This document shows, in pieces, positions 37,473 through 46,686 of a stretch of 56,095 bases of DNA. The position numbers and the translations under genes are program-made. The notes under the pieces are model-generated. The model worked only from the letters and a program-made list of their open reading frames with translations. It was not told the DNA's origin and searched no databases. The DNA is from Betaproteobacteria bacterium (lineage in GTDB: Bacteria > Pseudomonadota > Gammaproteobacteria > Burkholderiales > Usitatibacteraceae), in NCBI GenBank assembly GCA_043782425.1, contig JAYWAM010000331.1, forward strand, positions 1 through 56,095, written 5' to 3'. Every line of letters begins with the position of its first letter. Position 1 is the stretch's first letter.

Positions 37473-39089
37473 TCACTTTGCGTCGGGCTTAGCCGAAGAT
37501 TCTGACAGCATTTTGCCGAGGTGGGCAAGCGCATTTTGCCAGCCGTCCCGCTGTTGCCGGAAAATCTGCATTTCGGGGTACCACGGCGAAAATTCACCGT
37601 CCCACATCCAGCGCCATTCTGACGGAATCGGCGCCAGGATGCGCGCACAACGGCCGGTGCTGGCACGCAAATGCACGTTGGTATTGCTCACGCTGACGTA
37701 GTCGTCGACCAGCGACATGAGCGCCAGCATATCTTCAAGGTCTTCATTTACGGCCGCTAGATCGTGAACCGGTCGCCGCGTGATCGCAGCAAGCTGTTCA
37801 GTCTCGCCGGCTTTAGGCAAGCGTTGTACCGAAATCAATGTCCCCGGCGCAAAACGCAAAGCCGCTGCAAGCTGGACTAGGGGAATTCCCTTGTAAAGGG
37901 CGTGCTCCATGAGTTTGCTCCCGGCGCGCCAGGTGACCGCCGTATAGGGGGGTGGCCCCAGACGCCCCAAGGTCTCGCATATCCGTTGCACCCGCTCCGG
38001 CTCGGGCATAAGATCAGGTGTCGGCGGGAGCGGATCACCTTCACTCATGCCAAGCAAGCCCGGCAGATCGCCCATCGGTACTCGCGGCAGATCCTCAGGT
38101 GGAGTTTCGTCCATGCCGTAGCAGCGCGTCAGTCCAACCCCGCGCGCAAGCATGGGCGCGAGACGTTGGTCTCCCCAATAGATGAGTTCCACGCCGCGCG
38201 CGGCAAGCAGCGGGACAAAGCGCGCAAAAAATAGCACGTCCCCTACCCCCTGTTCGCCAATAAGCACCAGCGTACGATGGCGCAACAGGGCGGCATCCAG
38301 GTCGGCAGGCAGTGCAGGGATACCACTGATGCCTAGTGGCGCTGCGAGAGGGCGCACACTGCGATATCCATAGGCCCTGAACCCTTCCTTCCATCGGCCC
38401 TGGGCGAGAAGAATATGCGCTCTGCCTTCTTGCGCCAAAGCCAAATCGGGCTTTAACTCCAGCGCTTTTCGATAACAAGCCATCGCGCCTTCATGGTCTG
38501 CATGCGCCGAGAACAACATGTTGCCCAGATTGTGATGTCCGAGGGCAAAACCGGGATTGGTCAGGATAGTCTGTCGGTAGGCTTTGATCGCAGCTTCAGC
38601 CCGTCCCGCTTTGCGCAGCGCATTCCCAAGATTGAAATGCGCTTCGGCAAACTGCGGCATTGCCTCGATTGCCTGGCGATACAGTTCGATTGCGCGTTCT
38701 CCCTCGCCTTGTTCTTCGTGCATCAGCCCAAGGCTGTTCGCTGCCGGAGCAAAGCGCGGATTGAGACCGAGCGCCTGCTCGAAACTGGCGCGTGCACCTT
38801 GCACGTCGCCCAGTTCTTTCAATATCTGGCCGAGGGTGCGGTGATACGCTGCGCGGCCTGGAGCAATTTCCACCGCCTTACGTGCATGCGTTTGCACATC
38901 TTGATGAACGCCGCGTTGTAGCCCTATTGTCGCGAGCAGGTGATGCGCATCGGCATGACGCGGTTCAGCCTGTAGGATGCGCTGGTACAAGCCTTCTGCC
39001 TCTTCTAACCGCCCAGCGCGATGATGTTCCATCGCGTCAGATAACCAGCTCGCAACGGAAGAGACGGGCGCGCTGCTCACTTTTTGCAC
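37473..39089 (-). CDS. TPR-repeat protein fused to a GT9-like domain
   Basis: 538-aa ORF with TPR units in the N-terminal half. The C-terminal half (GVGDVLFFARFVPLL ... VSVSNTNVHLRAS ... EWRWMW) is collinear with the C-terminal half of 34712..36736. Confidence 0.8.
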   Translation of the reverse strand: MQKVSSAPVSSVASWLSDAMEHHRAGRLEEAEGLYQRILQAEPRHADAHHLLATIGLQRGVHQDVQTHARKAVEIAPGRAAYHRTLGQILKELGDVQGARASFEQALGLNPRFAPAANSLGLMHEEQGEGERAIELYRQAIEAMPQFAEAHFNLGNALRKAGRAEAAIKAYRQTILTNPGFALGHHNLGNMLFSAHADHEGAMACYRKALELKPDLALAQEGRAHILLAQGRWKEGFRAYGYRSVRPLAAPLGISGIPALPADLDAALLRHRTLVLIGEQGVGDVLFFARFVPLLAARGVELIYWGDQRLAPMLARGVGLTRCYGMDETPPEDLPRVPMGDLPGLLGMSEGDPLPPTPDLMPEPERVQRICETLGRLGPPPYTAVTWRAGSKLMEHALYKGIPLVQLAAALRFAPGTLISVQRLPKAGETEQLAAITRRPVHDLAAVNEDLEDMLALMSLVDDYVSVSNTNVHLRASTGRCARILAPIPSEWRWMWDGEFSPWYPEMQIFRQQRDGWQNALAHLGKMLSESSAKPDAK

Positions 39090-41287
39090 TTTGCCGCAAA
39101 TTCGCGCGCAAGCGCGTCGTTTAAATCCCGCAACGGCTCATCCTGCCCGAACAGCCGTCCATGCATAGCGCGTATCCTCTGCGACAGTTCTTTTCGAAAA
39201 TCGCTGTCGCGCGCAAGCCGGAGAGCAATGCGCACATAGTCCTGAATATCTTTTGCGATAAGCTCTTCGCAGCCTATCATCTGTAGCATGGCGTAGCTCT
39301 GTCTTCCACGCATGAATTTCCCAGGCAAAGTCACAATCGGTAATCCCACCGCAAGCGCATCGAGGGAAGTGTTGCCACCGGACCAATGCAGCGTATCGAG
39401 CATAGCATCACACAACTGACAGATGCGCAGATATTCCGCATGTGCCACCCTTGGCAGGATCTTGATGCGGCCTGCCGACTGCAATGCGCGCGCCGCAAAT
39501 CCGCCCGCTAGGCGGTTTATAAAGCGCTGTGTCAGCGCGGGATGTTCCGCCGCAAACATAACCAATACCAAATCGGGTGCCGCCTCGAGAATATCGAGAA
39601 GCACCACATCATTGTCAGGGTGAATCTTGAACAGGGATTGTGGCACGAGAAAAAGCAGCTTGTCTTGCGGAAGTTGAAAATCGTCGCGTACTGCTGTTAC
39701 CTGCTCGGTCGGCAGCCGGTAGTTTGTGCCCAACCCTGGGAGCGTGACCAGCTGTTCGACATAGTGATTCGCATGGTCTGCGGGCTCCATCATCGCTGGC
39801 GAAAAAAACACATCGATATTTTCATGCCCGGTGGTGACGGGATGGCCCCAGCCTACACATTGCAATGGCGCCAGCCGCATTGATGCGAGCGGAAACAGAA
39901 GCGGATTCATTCCCTGTTCTGGATAGATGAGAATATCGAGTTTGTCGACCGCAATGGCTGCAGCGATCTTTAACAGCGACTGGTCGGCAACGTTGCGCCA
40001 ATGTGCCGCACTGGACTTAATCCTCGTGGTCAGAGGATCGCTGGCCGCGTTAAGGTGATAAACCCATGCCTCGAATCGATCACCGTCCAGTTGCGTGACC
40101 CAGCTTTCGAAATACCTTCCTGCGGTGCAATCATAGAAATTGTTGCTGGCGAATCCAACACGCAGACGTCGGCCTTTTGCGGGTTGCGCAGCAATCGGAT
40201 TGTAAAATTGCGGCGCGGACTTGCTGAGGATGGATTTGACGACAAGCGCATAGTCGCGTTGAAATGTGAGATCGTTCTTTCCCTGGTAGGCAAGATAAAA
40301 ATTTGCCCAGCCGATTTCGTCCTCCCAAGTGGAAACTAATTTTGCAGCCGGATTGGTGACGCTATCGAGCAGCACTTTAACCCCTGCAATAACGCGCGCT
40401 CTACTCTGCTCAATGTGTGCTCCGTCCCGGTAGATCATCGGTAACACGAGATTTGCGCGTATCTGCGCCCTCAGGCTGTCGGGCTGAATTTGCAGTACGC
40501 AGCGGTATGCGGTGATGGCTGACTCAGCGTCACCTTGCTCCCAAAAGAAATCCGCAACATCACTCCACAGAGCCGCATCGGCTGTTCTTATTTTTAATGC
40601 CGCCTGGAAATGGCGCAGCGCGGCATCGACGTTCTGCCTCTTGCGATAAAGACGCGCAATAATGGCATGAACCTCACCATTTGCAGGCTGCAATTCGACC
40701 GCCCTGCCGTAGTGGATGAGGGCGCCGTCTTCATCTCCCTGTGCAGCCAGCAAAATTCCAAGACCGCGAAGCGCAATCACATTGTCGGGATCGGCTATTA
40801 GTGCCTGGCGCAGTGAACTGACAGCTTCGGGTTTGCGGTCCTGAGCGACCAAAGCTGAAGCGAGATTGGTATACCCGGGTGCGACGCCCGGTCGGATTTT
40901 AATGGCCGCCCTAAATTCTGTTTCCGCTTCGGCAAAGCGGTGTTGATCCATGAGGACGATGCCGAGACTGTTGCGTGCCTGAAAGAGATCAGACTTTGCC
41001 AGAATGGCGCGGCGCAGCGCTCGTTCCGCTTCGGACAGGTTGCCACGGTCTTGCCAGAGCTCGCCCTCCAGTGCATGCGCCGCCGCACGAAACGGGTCCA
41101 ACAGCAGCGTCTGGCGCACGGACTCCATGGCAAAGTCCGTGTTACCCATATGCTGACAGATGCTGGCCATCAGGAACCATGCGTCGCTGCTTTTGGGTGA
41201 GTCACGCAGGACCTGTTGGCAGGTTTCGAATGCTGTTTGAAATTGTGCGCGCTGAAACATCTCGCGCGCGGTGTCTAGCAATGCCAA
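39077..41287 (-). CDS. TPR-repeat protein fused to a GT41 (SPINDLY/O-GlcNAc-transferase-like) domain
   Basis: 736-aa ORF with ~300 aa of TPR repeats. These are followed by the characteristic GT41-type blocks LRVGFASNNF..., DILIYPEQGMNP..., APLQCVGWGHPVTTG..., LDTLHWSGGNTSLDALAVGLPIVTLPG. Confidence 0.85.
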   Translation of the reverse strand: MALLDTAREMFQRAQFQTAFETCQQVLRDSPKSSDAWFLMASICQHMGNTDFAMESVRQTLLLDPFRAAAHALEGELWQDRGNLSEAERALRRAILAKSDLFQARNSLGIVLMDQHRFAEAETEFRAAIKIRPGVAPGYTNLASALVAQDRKPEAVSSLRQALIADPDNVIALRGLGILLAAQGDEDGALIHYGRAVELQPANGEVHAIIARLYRKRQNVDAALRHFQAALKIRTADAALWSDVADFFWEQGDAESAITAYRCVLQIQPDSLRAQIRANLVLPMIYRDGAHIEQSRARVIAGVKVLLDSVTNPAAKLVSTWEDEIGWANFYLAYQGKNDLTFQRDYALVVKSILSKSAPQFYNPIAAQPAKGRRLRVGFASNNFYDCTAGRYFESWVTQLDGDRFEAWVYHLNAASDPLTTRIKSSAAHWRNVADQSLLKIAAAIAVDKLDILIYPEQGMNPLLFPLASMRLAPLQCVGWGHPVTTGHENIDVFFSPAMMEPADHANHYVEQLVTLPGLGTNYRLPTEQVTAVRDDFQLPQDKLLFLVPQSLFKIHPDNDVVLLDILEAAPDLVLVMFAAEHPALTQRFINRLAGGFAARALQSAGRIKILPRVAHAEYLRICQLCDAMLDTLHWSGGNTSLDALAVGLPIVTLPGKFMRGRQSYAMLQMIGCEELIAKDIQDYVRIALRLARDSDFRKELSQRIRAMHGRLFGQDEPLRDLNDALAREFAAKCKK

Positions 41288-41326
41288 GGTTGCCTTTCTA
41301 CCATAGGATATTTTCGCTCCACCGCT

Positions 41327-42244
41327 TCATTGCGGCGGTCGCATGCTGCTGTCGGTCGCAGCCTTTTCAAGTGCATCGAGCATGCCCCACATATGCCACG
41401 CCGATGGCTCTAAACGCACCGCTTCTTCAAGTGATTTTACCGCACGCTCGAATAGCCATGCCTCATTGAATTCAGCTGCCGGTGGCTCAATCCAGATTTC
41501 TCTTTTGCCGTCCGCCGGATCAACCATAGAGCGAAATATCACCAGCGGTACGCGATGCGCCACCGCGAGCCGTACCGCTCCCGTAGGGAAGAGCGCCTTA
41601 GTACCAAGAAGTTGCACGGTTCGGGATTTTACATTCGGCGCGGGGGGCACATCGAACAGTCCGCAGACCGAGACCCCGTTGCGTAATGCAGAGACAAATT
41701 GGCGCGCCGCTCCTCCCGTAAAGTTGAGCCCGCCGCCAATTGCGCGCGCAGTCTCAAAGTTGCGTAGCCTCATGTAAGCGTATAAAACCGGCCTGCCGCG
41801 AAACGCGTTCTTGTCTACCGCTATCGCCACTCCGGCAAACGGGCCTGTCGCATACTGCATGCTGCGCAGGGCGAACATTCCCTCCCCCCAGTGATACGTC
41901 ATGCCGATAAAGGGTTTTTGCCTGGGCCACTCCCCATGTCGGATCAGGCGCTTTTCCAGCCACGCCCGGCTGCGCGTAAGCGAGAGAAAAAGATCGACAT
42001 GATCCATCAGCCGCATAAAACAGTAGCGTGTCAGCCAGTCATCTTCGTCGCGAACGACAAGCCGCGTCTTAGCCACTTCAAGAGCGAAGTGCGCAGCGGC
42101 CGCGTAAAACCATCTGCGACGCGCAATCAAGCGGATCCCTCGAAAGGCAATAGGCCACGGCAGTAGCGACAATACCAACGGCCAGATAAATAGTTCCGCA
42201 GTGTCAAGCCCTGCCGTGCGCCACCACCTCATGAATCGAGCCAT
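41327..42244 (-). CDS. LpxL/HtrB-like lysophospholipid/lipid A acyltransferase family protein
   Basis: 305-aa ORF with an N-terminal TM segment and a TYHWGEGMF block resembling the H(x)4[DE] acyltransferase motif. The assignment is tentative. Confidence 0.5.
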   Translation of the reverse strand: MARFMRWWRTAGLDTAELFIWPLVLSLLPWPIAFRGIRLIARRRWFYAAAAHFALEVAKTRLVVRDEDDWLTRYCFMRLMDHVDLFLSLTRSRAWLEKRLIRHGEWPRQKPFIGMTYHWGEGMFALRSMQYATGPFAGVAIAVDKNAFRGRPVLYAYMRLRNFETARAIGGGLNFTGGAARQFVSALRNGVSVCGLFDVPPAPNVKSRTVQLLGTKALFPTGAVRLAVAHRVPLVIFRSMVDPADGKREIWIEPPAAEFNEAWLFERAVKSLEEAVRLEPSAWHMWGMLDALEKAATDSSMRPPQ

Positions 42245-43443
42245 GCATGCATTATTCTCACCACCCCCAACTCACGCGATCCACCCGTGACGCTGAGCGG
42301 CTTCTCTACCGTGTCCAGCACGCGCAACGCCTCCGGGTCCATCGCGTGTGCGCGAAATACGTAAGCGCCGGGCAGCAAAGGCAACCTGTCAAAGCGCACG
42401 CAAAAAGAAAAACTGTTGTCTCCGTTGTCATGCAGCGATGCGCCATTCACCTCGCTTGAGGTGCCATACACAGACGTTCCATCAATGCGCAAGATGCCAA
42501 GCGCCACGTGCGGGCAGCGCCCGTCGGATGATTTTACACACCCCCGTGCAATTAGATTTGTCTGTTGCAAAATGCTAGAAACTGGTAGACCGGCATCGTC
42601 CAGCAACTCGAATTCGACGACCTGATATCCCGTCGCGCCGGAGAACTCGGCTACCTTTGCCTCGCCTTCCACCTCTCGCTTGGACTTTTCTTCCTGGTAG
42701 GAAAGATATTCGCGCGTGACATCTGCGGCGTTCCCTGAAAGGTGTATGCGCCCCTGATGAATCCAGGCGGCATTTTTACAAAGCTTCTGGATATGGTATA
42801 GCCCGTGCGAGCAAAGCAGCAATGTTCCGCCCCGGTCCAGGTAATCCTGCATCCAGCGTATACATTTTCGCTGGAACGCCTCATCACCTACCGCTAACAC
42901 TTCGTCCGTAATGAGTATGTCTGGGGTGAGCGCGGTCGCAACCGCGAAGCCCAGGCGCACCACCATACCGGACGAGTAGTGCTTGATAGGCTCGTCTATG
43001 TACGAGCCGATATCTGCGAAAGAAATAATGGCGTTGAGCTTGTCATAGGTTTCTTCCCTTGAGAGTCCAATCAAGGCGCTAGCAAGATAGATGTTTTCCC
43101 GTCCGGTGTATTCTGAATGAAATCCGCTGCCCAGTTCAAGCAAAGCGCCTACCCTGCCTTGTACTTTTATTTTTCCCAGCGTCGGCTTGATAACACCCGC
43201 GATAATTTTAAGCAGCGTTGATTTCCCCGCCCCATTTTCACCCACCAGTCCAAAAGACTGGCCGCGGTAAACCTCCAGATTAATGTCCGAGAGCGCCGCA
43301 AAACCCTCCAGCCGCCCCGCCATAAGCAATGTCGCCAGGGTGGCCAGACGACCTTTCCCGCCTGTAACCTGGGGGTAGAGCTTGCTCACGCCGCTCATCT
43401 CAATGAGTGCGCTGCCCCTGCCGGATATTGCCGAATCGGTCAA
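42229..43443 (-). CDS. wzt: polysaccharide ABC transporter ATP-binding protein with C-terminal extension (Wzt-type)
   Basis: It has Walker A GENGAGKST, signature YSSGMVVRL and Walker B ILITDEVLAVGD. About 160 extra C-terminal residues form a beta-rich domain like the Wzt carbohydrate-binding module. The start is placed at the TTG at 43443, which overlaps the wzm TGA and is preceded by GAGGA; the track ORF extends to 43515. Confidence 0.88.
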   Translation of the reverse strand: MTDSAISGRGSALIEMSGVSKLYPQVTGGKGRLATLATLLMAGRLEGFAALSDINLEVYRGQSFGLVGENGAGKSTLLKIIAGVIKPTLGKIKVQGRVGALLELGSGFHSEYTGRENIYLASALIGLSREETYDKLNAIISFADIGSYIDEPIKHYSSGMVVRLGFAVATALTPDILITDEVLAVGDEAFQRKCIRWMQDYLDRGGTLLLCSHGLYHIQKLCKNAAWIHQGRIHLSGNAADVTREYLSYQEEKSKREVEGEAKVAEFSGATGYQVVEFELLDDAGLPVSSILQQTNLIARGCVKSSDGRCPHVALGILRIDGTSVYGTSSEVNGASLHDNGDNSFSFCVRFDRLPLLPGAYVFRAHAMDPEALRVLDTVEKPLSVTGGSRELGVVRIMHAWLDS

Positions 43444-44336
43444 AGAAAATCCTCGAAATGCGGCGCGATCCGCTGAAAAAATAGATTCGCAATAAACAGA
43501 AATATGCCTGTACATATGATGATTACCCAGTCACCTGCGACTGGCGCTGCGCCCCCTAGCAGGGCATCGCGCAAACGCTCAGATACCATGGCAATCGGAT
43601 TCCACAGCACAACACTGCGCAAACTTTCTGGCACGAATGACAGCGGATAAAGAATAGGTGTGACGTAAAATAAAACCATGAAGAAAGGGCCGGTGATATG
43701 TTCAATATCGCGAATAATTACTTGCATTGCGGACAGAATAAAACCCATGCCAATGGCAATAAGGAACAAAGCAAACAGCATAAGAAATGCAAGCACAATG
43801 CCCTGGACCCGAACAGGCTCTCCCGCTAAATATAAGACGGTTAGAACCAGTATATATCCCGCCAGGTGGACAGCAAAAGTGGCGACAACCGTGGCGTAAA
43901 TCAGCAGCTCACGAGGGAAAGCCACCTTTCGAATCAGGCCGGCGTTGGACTGAATCGTCATGATCGAACGCTGTACAGCCTCCTGGAACATCAGCCACGG
44001 CCACAACACCACCGCAAGAAAGGTTATGAATCCGGCCTTACCGATCTCAGGAAACTTGACCTTGAAAATGACGGTAAAAACGAAGTGATAGACAGCCAGC
44101 AAGATAAGCGGCTGTAGTAAGGCCCACCCGAGACCGCTAAAGCTGCCCACATAGCGCGTTTTGATATCGCGCAGGACGAAATTCAGCAGCAACCATCTTG
44201 AAGGCCAGAGTGCTGATACTGGATTGTGGGTCGCTCTCACGGTACGAATCGAATGTTTTAATAGGCGGGAAATTAAAAAATCATGGCCAGTCAGGTACTC
44301 GTGGCATGCAGCATGGCATCGTGCTCGCCGAACCAT
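43440..44336 (-). CDS. wzm: ABC-2 type polysaccharide export permease (Wzm-type)
   Basis: It carries an N-terminal RDIKTRYVGSFSGLGWALLQP signature and six hydrophobic segments. The start is uncertain: no clear SD precedes the ATG at 44336, and an in-frame GTG lies further in. Confidence 0.88.
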   Translation of the reverse strand: MVRRARCHAACHEYLTGHDFLISRLLKHSIRTVRATHNPVSALWPSRWLLLNFVLRDIKTRYVGSFSGLGWALLQPLILLAVYHFVFTVIFKVKFPEIGKAGFITFLAVVLWPWLMFQEAVQRSIMTIQSNAGLIRKVAFPRELLIYATVVATFAVHLAGYILVLTVLYLAGEPVRVQGIVLAFLMLFALFLIAIGMGFILSAMQVIIRDIEHITGPFFMVLFYVTPILYPLSFVPESLRSVVLWNPIAMVSERLRDALLGGAAPVAGDWVIIICTGIFLFIANLFFQRIAPHFEDFL

Positions 44337-44446
44337 TGGGCCACATACTCGCAGTCTATTCTATATGGTATATTCTTAATCTAAAATTCCGCTAACATTG
44401 TCGGGAGAGGCGGGCCATATTCTCTGCAAACTGTTAAGATGTTGCA

Positions 44447-44612
44447 TAGGAGCCTGTCGGACTTAAAGAATCGTAGCGAAAAAATAGCTGAGCGAGAGCA
44501 GAATTTGATTATTTTTTCAGCAATAGTCTTTCCTATTGCTGAAAAAATAAGCGAATTATGGGCCGCTCAGGTATTTTTGCAGCCGATTCCCTTTAAGTCC
44601 GACAGGCTCCTA
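44447..44612. repeat. 166-bp nested imperfect palindrome (MITE-like or structured leader)
   Basis: Perfect 22-nt terminal inverted repeats TAGGAGCCTGTCGGACTTAAAG (44447-44468) / CTTTAAGTCCGACAGGCTCCTA (44591-44612). There is a perfect 18-bp central stem (44509-44526 / 44533-44550) around loop TCTTTC, and the intervening arms are also largely complementary. Track ORF 44439..44639 is its translation. Confidence 0.8.
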
Positions 44613-44638
44613 GTATCTCATTCCCCCCCTATAAGATA

Positions 44639-45562
44639 ATGGCTAATAGCATATTTGTAGTTCATTTCGATATCGTCCAAGGTTGTCAGCTTCTCTGCGT
44701 AGGTTGCCCAAATTCAACCATACGCGCCAAAGTGAGACAAATGCCGGTAGATGACTTTTCCCGTGTGCTCGCTAACATTGATGTCGACAAAATTCATACT
44801 TTGCGGCTTTTTAATTTTGGTGAGGCATTGTTGCATCGTGAGCTATCGAAGATAGTTGCTCGCATACCTGAACAAAAGTGGAAAGTTGCCGTTGTTGAAA
44901 TTTCTACCAATGCGCAACATGTGTATTGGGATGATTTTGAGGACATGCTTAAACTGCAAGTTGTAAATCGCTTAGTGGTTAGTTGCGATGGGAACGGCAC
45001 GCCGGAATCGTATGAGGCCTTAAGGCCGCCAGCCAAATGGGAAAAGCTGATCGAGTTCCTAGAGCGGACACGCACGCTAAGGGATCGCTACTGTCCCTCG
45101 ATGCAGCTTGTGACAAGATCCGTGTGTGATCCAGACCCGCCAGAAAATCGACAGCGCTGGCGTGACGTGCTTGAGCCGCGTGGCTGGAAGCCGGAATTCA
45201 GGCGATGGCAGTATCTTCCGGACTCATCAGAAAACAAAACCGGGCGCAAAATCCAAATGCCTGAAGGCGCGTGTTTTTTTGTGGCGAACCCGACCGACTT
45301 TCCAAAAGCCTGGGATGGCGAAATGAATCTCCTGGGTATTGATATTGATGGTATCGTCAGACCCTGTTGTTTCCATCCAAAGGCAGGTGATTTAGGAAAT
45401 CTCCTTACACAAACCTACTCCCAAGTATTGGCGGGAAGGCAACGTTCTGAATTTATTGTGACCTTGACCAAGGATCGGGCAAGTATGCCGGTATGTTCTT
45501 CGTGTGACGTGGGGCCTATTGGTAATGAGGGTCCTTCTTTTTTTGCTGGAATAGATGGGTAA
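44639..45562 (+). CDS. radical SAM enzyme with SPASM-like C-terminal domain
   Basis: 307-aa ORF with CQLLCVGC (CX3CX2C) at residues 16-23 and a C-terminal RPCCFHPKAGDLGNLL...MPVCSSCDV cluster. Confidence 0.8.
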   Translation: MANSIFVVHFDIVQGCQLLCVGCPNSTIRAKVRQMPVDDFSRVLANIDVDKIHTLRLFNFGEALLHRELSKIVARIPEQKWKVAVVEISTNAQHVYWDDFEDMLKLQVVNRLVVSCDGNGTPESYEALRPPAKWEKLIEFLERTRTLRDRYCPSMQLVTRSVCDPDPPENRQRWRDVLEPRGWKPEFRRWQYLPDSSENKTGRKIQMPEGACFFVANPTDFPKAWDGEMNLLGIDIDGIVRPCCFHPKAGDLGNLLTQTYSQVLAGRQRSEFIVTLTKDRASMPVCSSCDVGPIGNEGPSFFAGIDG

Positions 45563-45566
45563 GCAA

Positions 45567-46592
45567 TTAATTTTTTGCTGAGCTTGCATTCTCCGGCGCA
45601 GGGCCGGGAGCAGGAGCAGCGCCTTTGGGCAGCACACCATATTCAACTTTGAAGCGCAGTTTTTCGATGGCCTCAGGGTTGGGTACGGGTTCCTGTTTAG
45701 TGATCAAATCATTCACCATCAGTTTAACCTGCGCCTCAAGATAATCCCTTGTGGCCGCATCCATAAGGTTGGCTTTGACTTCCTCAAAGGTAAACTGTTT
45801 CGCTGGCTGGCGCGCGCGGAACTGAATAATATGTAGCCCATAGGGTGATTCGACTAACGCACTGATTTCGCCTGGCTTGGTCATGGCAAACGCAGCGTCG
45901 GAAAAGGAGGCAACCATCTTGTCCCGGGTAAAAAATCCGAGGTCGCCCTTGTTGCTGGCGCCACTCTTGTCGTCGGAGTACTGCAGCACAAGTTCATCAA
46001 AGAATTTTTCTCCTGGATTGGCTAGCGCCTTGGCTCGCACTTGTTCAGCTATCTGCCGCGCCCTCTCAAAACCGTTCTGCTTGTAGCCAATTAGAATATG
46101 CGCCACCCGAACCTGCTCTGGCGAGTAGTATTCTTTGGCATTGGCGCGATAAATATCGCGTGCTCGCGCTTCAAGATTGGGAACCTTTACTTTCTTCTTC
46201 AAAGCTTCAAAGTAAAGCGTAGAGAGCTCGCGCTCCGCAGCATAGCGCACCTGGGCCATCACACCAGGATCGCGATCAAAATTCTCGCTGCGTGCAGCTT
46301 CGGCAAGCGTGCGGTTGAGGAAGATACGTTCGAGCATTCCATTTATACGCTCTTCGGTGGAACGCTGCTCTAAACGTTTTTCCGGCGGAGTACGGTTGAG
46401 TTCGGCCTCAAAATCTCCGCGCGTAGCATTGACGGACTTGCCACGGACCAGCGGCAAATCATAGGGAACTTCTTTCAGGCGATCATTAAACTTGATTTCG
46501 CCCGACGCATTATTCTGGGCATACACCATCGTGAGTGTCAATGCACCGAATAAGAAAGAGGCAAAAATTTCTAAAACGACCTTTTTTTTCAT
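45567..46592 (-). CDS. parvulin-type peptidyl-prolyl cis-trans isomerase (SurA/PpiD/EpsD-like), exported
   Basis: The start is set at the ATG at 46592 (MKKKVVLEIFASFLFGALTLTMVYA signal). The PpiC domain reads VRVAHILI...SGASNKGDLGFFTRDKMVASFSDAAFAMTKPGEISALVESPYGLHIIQF. Confidence 0.85.
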   Translation of the reverse strand: MKKKVVLEIFASFLFGALTLTMVYAQNNASGEIKFNDRLKEVPYDLPLVRGKSVNATRGDFEAELNRTPPEKRLEQRSTEERINGMLERIFLNRTLAEAARSENFDRDPGVMAQVRYAAERELSTLYFEALKKKVKVPNLEARARDIYRANAKEYYSPEQVRVAHILIGYKQNGFERARQIAEQVRAKALANPGEKFFDELVLQYSDDKSGASNKGDLGFFTRDKMVASFSDAAFAMTKPGEISALVESPYGLHIIQFRARQPAKQFTFEEVKANLMDAATRDYLEAQVKLMVNDLITKQEPVPNPEAIEKLRFKVEYGVLPKGAAPAPGPAPENASSAKN

Positions 46593-46620
46593 GGTTGTGT
46601 AGCTCATTCGTGGTGATTTA

Positions 46621-46652
46621 CAAAACAAACTCCGCCCTGGGCTAGGGCGGAG
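46621..46652 (-). terminator. rho-independent terminator of the 631-aa repeat-protein gene
   Basis: Stem CTCCGCCCT (46630-46638) / AGGGCGGAG (46644-46652). On the minus strand it is followed by TTTGTTTTG. It lies 34 nt after the TAG stop. Confidence 0.7.
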
Positions 46653-46686
46653 CCTGAGTAACGCATACAGCTCTAAGAATTAAGGC

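Noticed and set aside
44439-44639. A 66-aa ORF lies immediately upstream of the second radical SAM gene. It was considered as a possible RiPP precursor.
   Set aside because: The ORF is the direct translation of the 166-bp palindrome, so its two halves mirror each other at DNA level. It has no SD, and its sequence shows no leader/core organisation or Cys/Ser/Thr-rich core.
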